This document shows, piece after piece, positions 12,091 through 22,500 of a DNA stretch of 55,653 nt. Source of the DNA: Nemertoderma westbladi (Eukaryota; Animalia; Xenacoelomorpha); contig JAUCBJ010001266.1 in the NCBI GenBank assembly GCA_032718475.1, positions 1 through 55,653 on the forward strand, read 5' to 3'. Positions within the stretch are counted from its first letter, which is position 1, and every line of letters begins with the position of its first letter. A model generated the notes under the pieces. The model searched no databases and was not told the DNA's origin. It saw only the letters and a list, made by a program, of their open reading frames with translations. The position numbers and the translations under genes are program-made.

Positions 12091-13732
12091 ACGAGAAAGT
12101 TGGAGAGGCGTCCTCGCGGAGTTTGATTGTTATTGGGCCGCCTCTCATTACCCGACAGATCCCCGACAGTGGACGTGGGAACCGGGCCGCGAGTTTATCC
12201 CATGTGGTGCTGGTGGTTGTAGCTGCTGGTGCAGTAGCCAGGGCTGGTGGTGGGGCGGTCGGGATGGCAACCGGTTCGGGCGGGGTCGGCTGTGCTGGCC
12301 GGGCCGCAATGGAGGAGCACTGTGGGCGTGGCGGGGTACCTCCTCGCAGGATCGGGCTCGACAGGATCCCGAGGAGGAAACACGCCTTGCGGGACAGCAG
12401 TGGTTGTTGGAGACCGTCTAGCACCCAGACCTCGGTGGTGCATGCTGTGCGGAGCGCCAAGCACTGGAAGGTGGCCTTGAAGATCCCTTTGAACGACCAG
12501 CCAGTCCTACTGCCATTAGCGAGTTTGGGGGCCTGTGGGGCAGGGACTGGTTGCCGTAGGTTGGCCAACCGCCCCCCGAAGGCGAGAAACGTACGGAGCG
12601 GGATTCCAGTTATGTTGGCTCCGGAATCGGGGAGGAATTGGAGCTCGCGGATGCCGAAGGAGGTGTTGGCGGCAACCTGGAACCCGACTGTGACGGTCTC
12701 CAGCGGCTCCAGCTGCTCCATCGCTGACACGAGTGGGGCATCAGCCAGTTCGGCGCCGGCGAGGAGGGACCAAACCTCGGCGAGGTTGGTCGAAGAGAAG
12801 TCGGAGTCCGGGTTGGTGTGGTTAGGTGCCCCAGATGTCATGTTGGTGTTTGGTCGGCGGGGACACATCCGGTCGTAGTGTCCCATGTTGCCACAGTGAC
12901 GGCAGGTCGCATCGAGACCGGGACACCGTTTACCGATGGGGTGGGGCGGATAACCGCACTGGGGGCAGCGGGCACTGGAAGTAGTGCCGCGGGGACGGCT
13001 CGAGCGCCCTCGTTCGGGTTGCCGGGGGCGCAGTGCGTTGGCCCGAGCTGCAGACGATGCGGGTGCGGGGTTCGCGAAGGAGGCGGCGTCTTTCCGGGCG
13101 GCCCACACGGCCTGCGCTAGTTGCAGTGCGTCGGTGAGGGAACTTCCGGCGGGGAGGCGGAGAAGGTGTTCGGTCACCTCCTGGTCGTGGAATCCAGCGA
13201 TGAACTGATCCAGGAGGCGATCGTTTGTATGGGCATCGGCAGTGGGGAGCGCTGCGAAACCGCATTTGGTGGCGATGTCGCGGAGGTGCACCAGGAATGT
13301 TTCGGGTGGTTCCTCCGGGAGGCGGTTTCGGCGGGCGAGTTCCTGGCGGTGGACTCGCTTGTTCGTCCCCCCGTCGATGTGAGTGCCGAGCTTCCCGAGT
13401 ACCGTATCGGGATCGGAGTTCTCGGCAGTGGTTAGACCAAGTCCCTTTACGACGGCATTCGTGCTCCGCGAGAAGGCCGTTGTCAGGGCGGCGCGTCGTT
13501 GCCGGTTGGTGGCAGTGAGGAGTCGCGCGGAGGCTTGTGGGTCTGGAGGGACGGAGGTGTCTGTCACACGGAGGTTGCCCAGGCCGGACGTGACGAGGAA
13601 GGCCTCCCACTCGTCCTTCCACAGGTCCCAGGTCGATCGCTCTGAGTCGATATCGAATGGTGGGGGTGCGCTGCGGAGGATAAAAGTGAGAGGGTCGCGG
13701 TTGTCGGCGGGCGCGGGCAGGTGCGTATCCAT
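12005..13732 (-). CDS. gag: Gypsy Gag-protease
   Basis: Mag-type Gag (W..W...WEAF, DQFIAG), two Cys/His knuckles (CPQCGYPPHPIGKRC, CRHCGNMGHYDRMC), aspartic protease FLPDSGAN; runs into the RT N-terminus before a frameshift. Confidence 0.92.
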   Translation of the reverse strand: MDTHLPAPADNRDPLTFILRSAPPPFDIDSERSTWDLWKDEWEAFLVTSGLGNLRVTDTSVPPDPQASARLLTATNRQRRAALTTAFSRSTNAVVKGLGLTTAENSDPDTVLGKLGTHIDGGTNKRVHRQELARRNRLPEEPPETFLVHLRDIATKCGFAALPTADAHTNDRLLDQFIAGFHDQEVTEHLLRLPAGSSLTDALQLAQAVWAARKDAASFANPAPASSAARANALRPRQPERGRSSRPRGTTSSARCPQCGYPPHPIGKRCPGLDATCRHCGNMGHYDRMCPRRPNTNMTSGAPNHTNPDSDFSSTNLAEVWSLLAGAELADAPLVSAMEQLEPLETVTVGFQVAANTSFGIRELQFLPDSGANITGIPLRTFLAFGGRLANLRQPVPAPQAPKLANGSRTGWSFKGIFKATFQCLALRTACTTEVWVLDGLQQPLLSRKACFLLGILSSPILRGGTPPRPQCSSIAARPAQPTPPEPVAIPTAPPPALATAPAATTTSTTWDKLAARFPRPLSGICRVMRGGPITIKLREDASPTFSYANRAIPANLEEAFDRELRDQVKHHGDP

Positions 13733-13840
13733 GTTCAGGCAAGTACTGCAGTAGGATCAGAAGATAGCAGTGACAGATAGTGGTTTTACAGTTTTAGGCA
13801 GTCAGGTGTGGCAGTTTGGGCAGTGAGTGTCACGGTAGGT

Positions 13841-13861
13841 TCGAGAACCAAAGCTGCGCCA
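13841..13861 (-). promoter_or_regulatory. Primer binding site, tRNA-Ser-like
   Basis: TGGCGCAGC immediately after the 5' LTR on the minus strand, complementary to a ...GCTGCGCCA tRNA 3' end. Confidence 0.75.
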
Positions 13862-13975
13862 TGACTAGCTGTCTGGTACCGGTCGTCCGTATATTCCATA
13901 AGTCAGTATACCGGTATATCCAAAACGCATACAGATAAGACAAGGGGCGAGCCATCGAGGCGAGTCTACTACACA
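13862..13975 (-). repeat. 5' LTR of the Gypsy element (114 bp)
   Basis: Direct repeat of 9092-9206, followed by TSD AGTAG. Confidence 0.95.
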
Positions 13976-14341
13976 AGTAGCACCCACCCCTACCTTCGGG
14001 TAGCAGATAGGAGTATAGCACCCACCCCTACCTTCGGGTAGCAGATAGGAGTAGCGCCCACCCCTACTCTCAGGTAGAAGATAGGAGTAGAGCCCACCCC
14101 GACCTTCGGGTAGCAGATAGGAGTATTGCGCCCACCCCTACCTTCGGGTAGCAGATATGAGTAGCGCCCACCCCTGCCTTTGGGTAGCATATAGGAGTAG
14201 CGCCCACCCATACAGTACCTTAGGGTAGCAGATAGGAGTAGCGCCCCCATAACTTCGGGTAACAGATAGGAGTAGCGCCGACCCCTACCTTCGGGTAACA
14301 GATAGGAGTAGCGCCCACCCATACAGTAACTTAAGGTAGCA
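13976..14341. repeat. Terminal, more diverged part of satellite A (~10 copies)
   Basis: The same 36-bp unit resumes in register after the TSD, with more substitutions and TACAGTA insertions. Confidence 0.93.
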
Positions 14342-14395
14342 ACCATTAAAAGATGAGCCTTCGTGTTGCCTCCGGCTTCGGCCGACTGTTTGTTT
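14342..14395 (+). mobile_element. Probable 3' end of a Helentron/HINE-like non-autonomous element hosting satellite A
   Basis: GAGCCTTCGTGTTGCCTCCG, then hairpin CGGC-TTCG-GCCG and ACTGTTTGTTTT; a homologous end occurs at ~19030-19105. Confidence 0.4.
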
Positions 14396-15993
14396 TGCTT
14401 TGATATATATTATTTATTTATTATATTTAGAATATTTTATTTTAATTTATATTTCATCGCGAATGAATTTCATCAGAATTTCATTAGTCCAATGGCATAA
14501 AACGCGAAACCCGAATCCGTGTTCGTTATATCTTGATGGAAATGAAGTTTTTTAGGTTCTTATTTTCAAAAATAAAATAAATTAAATTCCTTCGATTTCA
14601 CTCTAAATCTCCTTGGTGGGATAAATATTTCTCCATTTGACGCAACACCGCCGCGGCCGCTATGAGGGAGGTGAATACCGCGGCCGCTCCTAAAGCCGCA
14701 GGCCATCGCTAACTATATAGGTTAACTTGGGATTCTGGGGGACTCGAATTCTAAGATATTAGCCACTCTAACATTAGCAAATCTATCCCCTCGACGGACA
14801 CGGCGGACAAAAAAACCGTCATTTTTTTGACAATTTTAAAAATTTTTTGAAAGGCGCTCTACAGTGGCTCGAAAAAACCCTAGGTTATTGCTTAACCGAC
14901 GCCGGGATACGATAGAAGGGATTAATTAGTGAATTCGTTTTTTTTTTTTAAAAAGATTACCACGCCTTTTTCCCGAAATTGTCCGTCAAAGTTGAAAAAA
15001 CGGACAAAATGGCTTTGCGGGATCCGCTCTGACTCGGCTAATATTAATCGTACGGGGACGAAATTAACGCAGTTGGAAAGGGGAAGAGTGGTACTACCTT
15101 CGTATCGAATGGGGGTAAGATATTTATTAATATTTCGGGTGGAAAAAGGGGCCGCAACTTTGTCCGTTTTTTCCATCTTTTTTACATAATTATTATTTCC
15201 AAAAATTTTAATTCGACAAAGCTAGTACTGTAGGAATCTGCCAATTCTTTTTCGGAAAGCGTAGAAGACCACAGGGGCTACATTCCTATCGAATGGGGGT
15301 ACAAAAAATATGTAGGCAAAGGGGTCCAAAAAGGGCCAGAAAATAATAAAAAGTTTATAACTAACAACTTTTTTATTTTTGACTCTTGAAGGTTAAAGTA
15401 CATTTTATACGGTTAATATCGATACGGGGAATCCAAATATTCGATTGGTTTTGCCGCGCAAACGATATTAAAAAGATTAGGGCCCAAATTATAATTTCAC
15501 GCTTCAAACTCGCTTCGCGGGAACTCGTCTAGCTCGAAAAATACATAAGGTCTGGGAGACTTATTTAAACAGTCTTATAGAGCGCCAAATTATCTATCTC
15601 TCAACGGTAGTTACAGCGCCATAGCTATTATATAACTGAAGCGGCAGACGATCGTGCTAAATATACTACTTATTAAAAAGGGACGAAAAAATTTTTTTTT
15701 AATAAATCTCCATTACATTATAATTTGACTTTTTGCGCCAAAAGTTCCGGTAAAATGCAGCAAATTAACTCCACTATCTTTTTTCTTAACATTTATAATT
15801 AAAATAACGAGTTTTAAGGGTCGAAAAATATCGCGTAATTTTGGCCCTTTTTTTTGGGGCCAAAAATACCCCTTCTCAAAAAATAAAAAAAAAAATTACG
15901 GCAAAGAATATACCAATTTTATTGAATTTGGAGCACCAGAACCGAAATTTAGACAAAAATTAAAAATATTTTTTTTTTGCAAAAAATTAAGAA

Positions 15994-16066
15994 TGGTCAT
16001 ATTGGGTTTCGAACCCACGAACTTAAGTATCGTTAACGTGATTGATTACCACTAGACTACGTGACC
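15994..16066 (-). pseudogene. tRNA-like relic (Val-like) or SINE head
   Basis: Minus strand GGTCACGTAGTCTAGTGGTAATCA...GGGTTCGAAACCC..TGACCA: A box, B box and partial acceptor stem; the anticodon arm does not pair. Confidence 0.55.
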
Positions 16067-16995
16067 AAGAGAATTTGAAATTTTCGAGTGATTATTTTTA
16101 AACATCAATAACTTCTGTTCTACTGGGCCGTTTGATCTGAAACTTTTTGGGGAGGCTTCCAAACCCAAAAACAATTATTTCGTTACATATAATATCGTAA
16201 ATAACGTTGTATGTTCTTCTTCCTTTCATAATAAAATATATATGAAATATCTCTGATCGCTGTGCCCTGAACATTTCACAACAAAAATGTTTAAGTGTGA
16301 AAAGTGTAGGCCTACCACACCCCGCCCAAACAGCCGCAAACGCATAGCCAACAAATTTATCAAAAGTTTACATACATGTTGTGTTCATGACGAGATGAGT
16401 GAAAATTGATCGCGTAATATAAACTAAAAAATTGAGAGTCGGGCTGGTTCTTCTCCACTTTCTTACCCAATGGAAATGTTGTTGTTATAATCTAATATTG
16501 GGGCGGCTTTCTCTCGTTTCAACTTGATAATATAGTGTAGAAAAAACCAATTGTAGAAATGGGTATATTAATTCACCATATGTGTTTTTACAAATAATAT
16601 GTATAACATACTGAGCAGTTATTAATTATCGGGGGTGAAATAATTTTAATTTCTTTTAAACATATAATAAAATAAATAGCTATATATATTTCTATATTGA
16701 TAAAATATCATTCACAATTGCTACTAATTACTGAATTCTAAGGTTGTATGCGTACAAACTCGGGAACAACCGGTATCGGTATAGATAATACTGTTGTACT
16801 GACATAGTACAATCCACAATAATGGGGCCTAAGTACATACATATAGTAATTAATATGCACAGCACCGATTAAACATAAACTACGTAATTCAAACATACAG
16901 TATACACACATTCAATACACAAAAACATAACGAGACCGCACACTAAAATTACCACACATACAGAAGCACATACGAACAACAAAACTCAAACTCGT

Positions 16996-17283
16996 CTACT
17001 GTCTATTTTTCCTGCACTTACTTGGGTGATCTACCTCTAGAAGAACTTTTCTCCTCATAATTGTATGCTCTCTACCTATAACTTTAGCTCGGTTGAAACA
17101 CGGAGCATGGTTAAAATCTACTAAATGTCCCGCCAACTCAGTTGCCTTGCGCCTCTTTTGTCGGAAATCAGCATTATGTACTTGCAAACGTAAAGTACAA
17201 CTAATGTGTATTTTGTAAACTAACCCACACTCGCACGGTATACTGTACGCTATGCCTCTGATTTGTCGTAGATTCGTGCCCAA
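16996..17283 (-). mobile_element. Penelope-like element relic, GIY-YIG endonuclease fragment
   Basis: GIAYSIPCECGLVY...LRLQVH..DFR...TELAGHL...NH...F..AKVIGRE....RRK matches the Penelope endonuclease C-terminal pattern; degenerate. Confidence 0.75.
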
Positions 17284-18569
17284 TTACATATAACAAATGT
17301 CTATGCTCTAACATATTATATGACCTATAATAACATACTGCAAATAAGTGCGCCATGAAATGTGGTTTTAAAACTCTAGGCCTATTATTTATTTGTGAGG
17401 GGATCCTACAGTAGTTGGCAAAAGATCCCGACCGGTGTGTGTGTGATTCGAGTCGAATGGATAATACGCGTCGCCGCGTTTGCTGGGCTACTGAAAGGCT
17501 GAGGTGAAATTGAAAGGCCAAATGCCGGTAAAATAACTGAGTTTATAGTTATTGTTGTTCGTAATATCAGATAAGCACACAGTCAGTCTAATACAATCAA
17601 TCATAGCAGTAACATTAACAGCGACGACGACGGTTAAAAACCGTCTGACTTCTACACTCAATGTAGCCAACTGAGGCACAATTAACAGAGTAACGGTTAT
17701 ATATATTACATGGGATACACATTCCTACCTAGGTTTGGCCTACCAGTGAATGCGCGATAATTGATGGTAAGCCGCCCTATCATTGGTTGATCTATTCTCC
17801 AGCCAATCCCTATTTTCCCCTGGCCCTGTGCTAGCTTCCCCCTGAGATGAGCTAATGTGCTGGCCTCTCTCTCTAACTGGCAATGTATATTGCCTTGGTG
17901 CCTTTGGTATGCGATATTATATTGGTAATATCGCATATCCAATCATGATTCGTAAATCATGCCTTTCCCTATTTTCCGTTCGGGTGGTGCAGCGAATTGG
18001 ATCCGCTAACAATATTCGTATAGAAGTTTAAACTCAATACAATAAACTGAAGCAGAATTAGATCGTTTATTTTACTTCAATTTATCACATGAATTTAGGA
18101 AAGAAATACCTAGAATAAATAGTGGATGAAGACAAATAATTTGAATGAAAATCACTCGAAATCTTCAAAGATAGATTGCAGTGGCACATAAATCACTCAA
18201 AAAGATAATTAGGCCCTAATTTTATTAATAACTAGCAGGCAATACCCGAGGCATGTTACCCGGTATTTCCCGCTACCGGCATAGGCCTACTGGCGTACTG
18301 GTACCGGTATAGGCCTACTGACGTACCGGTACCCAGTACCGGTACCGACGTGAATTAAACTTTTCGAAAAGTGGCCTATAACGAGTAGAGGTAGAGTTAT
18401 AGGTATAGATCATTAGGGTGTTGATTTAAACATCAGCAGATCTACCGTATAATAACGACTACACTACACTCAATTAGTTAATCATTACTTGTCTTTACTA
18501 CAGTATATAATTACTATAAGTGTCTAAGTAATAAAATATTGGTAATACTCATTCCAATAAACCTACAAC

Positions 18570-18633
18570 ATGTATCTGCTCAGTTTTTCGATAATGATAT
18601 TTGGATCACTGCTTCCAGCATCAAAGGCCCAAA
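18570..18633 (+). CDS. Host EGF-repeat gene, coding exon 1 (signal peptide MYLLSFSIMIFGSLLPASKAQ)
   Basis: ATG, hydrophobic core, ASKA-Q cleavage-like site, phase-1 donor A|GTAAGT that joins in frame to the next exon. Confidence 0.75.
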
Positions 18634-18749
18634 GTAAGTAAGTACCGGGCGGCACTGTAATAACAACACTCCTAATATGAACATACATACAATTAATAAG
18701 AATAGGTTGAATCTCGGAGGGAAACATTTGGATAGTACTTAATCTCGAG

Positions 18750-19110
18750 AATTATACCAAATCGGAACCCCTTCATCTGTACTATCCTAAACTTTTAATT
18801 ATTTAGTAAATTGGAACATTATAACTTTAAATTTTTTCTGAAAACGCCAAGATGCCTGAAAAACTTTCACAATAGTGTTGGGCTTGGGCAGCGATTAAAG
18901 GCTGTAGAAAATTTCCAATATTATGCCCATATAGCGTAGTGGTCCACGCAAACCCATCAGTAGAATAATGGAACCTGGATTCTTCTGGGGGAGTAAATAA
19001 AGCGTTGGATATGGAGTTTTCAACCTTGGGAGATGGTGTGGCACCCTCCATGCCTTATAAGTAACAGCCAAGAGAGAAGAGCCTTCGAATTGCCTCCGCT
19101 GTTTCGATTT
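18750..19110 (+). mobile_element. Small non-autonomous (HINE-like) repeat in intron 1 carrying one diverged satellite A unit
   Basis: ~19030-19100 aligns by eye with ~14301-14375; the left boundary is uncertain. Confidence 0.35.
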
Positions 19111-19388
19111 TCACACTTTCACCCAAAACGTTAACTCACTCTTTTGTTTATTAAATAAATCATCTTAAAAAAAATACTTTCCTATGTTATGTTGGACAAT
19201 ACCTTTATACCGGTACATTGTTTGGTGTATTTGTTATTGTTTTTACATAATGTATAAATAAATCTATCTATCTATTCATAATTTGCACAAAACGATATTC
19301 CTCGCCACTAAAGACGCCATGTCACATACATTAATAATACTTGATATTCCTCTTGTGAATAGTTTCGTTATATTAATAATTATTACAG

Positions 19389-19535
19389 TTTGTGACAACA
19401 TTGTGTGTGTTGCTAATTCGGTTTGTGACCCGACTTACACAAACCCGGCTGACGTCAACGACCAGTACTGCCGCTGCAATCAGAATTACGAAAGAACCAG
19501 CGTAGGGAATAACCAGTGGGGTTGTACGGAGATAG
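19389..19535 (+). CDS. Host gene exon 2, EGF-like domain 1
   Basis: ttacag| ICDNIVCVANSVCDPTYTNPADVNDQYCRCNQNYERTSVGNNQWGCTEI |gtgagt; six Cys with CxC; 147 nt, phase 1-1. Confidence 0.9.
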
Positions 19536-22500
19536 GTGAGTCATAGGGAATAACCAGTGGACTTGTACGGAGATAGGTGAGTCAAAGGGAATAACCAGTG
19601 GACTTGTACGGAGATAGGTGAGTCATAGGGAATAACCAGTGGGGTTGTACGGAGATAGGTGAGTCATAGGGAATAATCAGTGGACTTGTACGGAGATACT
19701 GTAGGTGAGTCAAAGGGAATAACCAGTGGACTTGTACGGAGATAGGTGAGTCATAGGGAATAACCAGTGGACTTGTACGGAGATAGGTGAGTCAAAGGGA
19801 ATAACCAGTGGACTTGTACGGAGATAGGTGAGTCATAGGGAATAATTAGTGGACTTGTACGGAGATAGGTGAGTCTTAGGGAATAACCAGTGGACTTGTA
19901 CGGAGATAGGTGAGTCATATGGAATAATCAGTGGACTTGTACGGAGATAGGTGAGTCAAAGGGAATAACCAGTGGACTTGTACGGAGATTCTGTAGGTGA
20001 GTCAAAGGGAATAACCAGTGGACTTGTACGGAGATAGGTGAGTCATAAGGAATAACCAGTGGACTTGTACGGAGATAGGTGAGTCATAGGGAATAATTAG
20101 TGGACTTGTACGGAGATAGGTGAGTCTTAGGGAATAACCAGTGGACTTGTACGGAGATAGGTGAGTCAAAGGGAATAACCAGTGGGGTTGTACGGAGATA
20201 GGTGAGTCATAGGGAATAATCAGTGGACTTGTACGGAGATAGGTGAGTCAAAGGGAATAACCAGTGGACTTGTACGGAGATAGGTGAGTCATAGGGAATA
20301 ATTAGTGGACTTGTACGGAGATAGGTGAGTCTTAGGGAATAACCAGTGGACTTGTACGGAGATAGGTGAGTCATATGGAATAATCAGTGGACTTGTACGG
20401 AGATAGGTGAGTCAAAGGGAATAACCAGTGGACTTGTACGGAGATTCTGTAGGTGAGTCAAAGGGAATAACCAGTGGACTTGTACGGAGATAGGTGAGTC
20501 ATAAGGAATAACCAGTGGACTTGTACGGAGATAGGTGAGTCATAGGGAATAATTAGTGGACTTGTACGGAGATAGGTGAGTCTTAGGGAATAACCAGTGG
20601 ACTTGTACGGAGATAGGTGAGTCATATGGAATAATCAGTGGACTTGTACGGAGATAGGTGAGTCAAAGGGAATAACCAGTGGACTTGTACGGAGATTCTG
20701 TAGGTGAGTCAAAGGGAATAACCAGTGGACTTGTACGGAGATAGGTGTGTCATAGGGAATAATTAGTGGACTTGTACGGAGATAGGTGAGTCTTAGGGAA
20801 TAACCAGTGGACTTGTACGGAGATAGGTGAGTCATATGGAATAATCAGTGGACTTGTACGGAGATAGGTGAGTCAAAGGGAATAACCAGTGGACTTGTAC
20901 GGAGATTCTGTAGGTGAGTCAAAGGGAATAACCAGTGGACTTGTACGGAGATAGGTGAGTCATAAGGAATAACCAGTGGACTTGTACGGAGATAGGTGAG
21001 TCATAGGGAATAATTAGTGGACTTGTACGGAGATAGGTGAGTCTTAGGGAATAACCAGTGGACTTGTACGGAGATAGGTGAGTCAAAGGGAATAACCAGT
21101 GGACTTGTACGGAGATAGGTGAGTCATATGGAATAACCAGTGGACTTGTACGGAGATAGGTGAGTAATAGGGAATAACCAGTGGGGTTGTACGGAGATAG
21201 GTGAGTCATAGGGAATAATCAGTGGACTTGTACGGAGATACCCTAGGTGAGTCAAAGGGAATAACCAGTGGACTTGTACGGAGATAGGTGAGTCATAGGG
21301 AATAACCAGTGGCCTTGTACGGAGATAGGTGAGTCAAAGGGAATAACCAGTGGACTTGTACGGAGATACTGTAGGTGAGTCAAAGGGAATAACCAGTGGA
21401 CTTGTACGGAGATAGGTGAGTCATAGGGAATAACCAGTGGACTTGTACGGAGATAGGTGAGTCATAGAGAATAATTAGTGGACTTGTACGGAGATAGGTG
21501 AGTCTTAGGGAATAACCAGTGGACTTGTACGGAGATAGGTGAGTCAAAGGGAATAACCAGTGGACTTGTACGGAGATACTGTAGGTGAGTCAAAGGGAAT
21601 AACCAGTGGGGTTGTACGGAGATAGGTGAGTCATAGGGAATAACCAGTGGACTTGTACGGAGATAGGTGAGTCAAAGGGAATAACCAGTGGACTTGTACG
21701 GAGATAGGTGAGTCATAGGGAATAACCAGTGGACTTGTACGGAGATAGGTGAGTCAAAGGGAATAACCAGTGGACTTGTACGGAGATAGGTGAGTCATAG
21801 GGAATAATTAGTGGACTTGTACGGAGATAGGTGAGTCTTAGGGAATAACCAGTGGACTTGTACGGAGATAGGTGAGTCATATGGAATAATCAGTGGACTT
21901 GTACGGAGATAGGTGAGTCAAAGGGAATAACCAGTGGACTTGTACGGAGATTCTGTAGGTGAGTCAAAGGGAATAACCAGTGGACTTGTACGGAGATAGG
22001 TGAGTCATAAGGAATAACCAGTGGACTTGTACGGAGATAGGTGAGTCATAGGGAATAATTAGTGGACTTGTACGGAGATAGGTGAGTCTTAGGGAATAAC
22101 CAGTGGACTTGTACGGAGATAGGTGAGTCATATGGAATAATCAGTGGACTTGTACGGAGATAGGTGAGTCAAAGGGAATAACCAGTGGACTTGTACGGAG
22201 ATTCTGTAGGTGAGTCAAAGGGAATAACCAGTGGACTTGTACGGAGATAGGTGTGTCATAGGGAATAATTAGTGGACTTGTACGGAGATAGGTGAGTCTT
22301 AGGGAATAACCAGTGGACTTGTACGGAGATAGGTGAGTCATATGGAATAATCAGTGGACTTGTACGGAGATAGGTGAGTCAAAGGGAATAACCAGTGGAC
22401 TTGTACGGAGATTCTGTAGGTGAGTCAAAGGGAATAACCAGTGGACTTGTACGGAGATAGGTGAGTCATAAGGAATAACCAGTGGACTTGTACGGAGATA

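Larger units (their letters stand above)
9092..13975 (-). mobile_element. Full-length Ty3/Gypsy LTR retrotransposon, Mag-like, inserted in satellite A
   Basis: Direct TG..CA LTRs at 9092-9206 and 13862-13975; 5-bp TSD AGTAG at 9087-9091 and 13976-13980; gag-PR-RT-RH-IN order; PBS and PPT. Short LTRs and a 5-bp TSD fit the Mag lineage (inference). Confidence 0.96.

Noticed and set aside
9235-13754. Many overlapping + strand and alternative-frame ORFs in the Gypsy element
   Set aside because: Shadow ORFs of GC-rich gag-pol with no motifs.
18231-18265. Possible Helitron 3' end (minus-strand hairpin then CTAGT)
   Set aside because: Weak hairpin and no matching 5' end recognised.
19283-19546. 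87-aa single-exon ORF
   Set aside because: Only 19389-19535 is coding (EGF exon); the rest is intron read-through.
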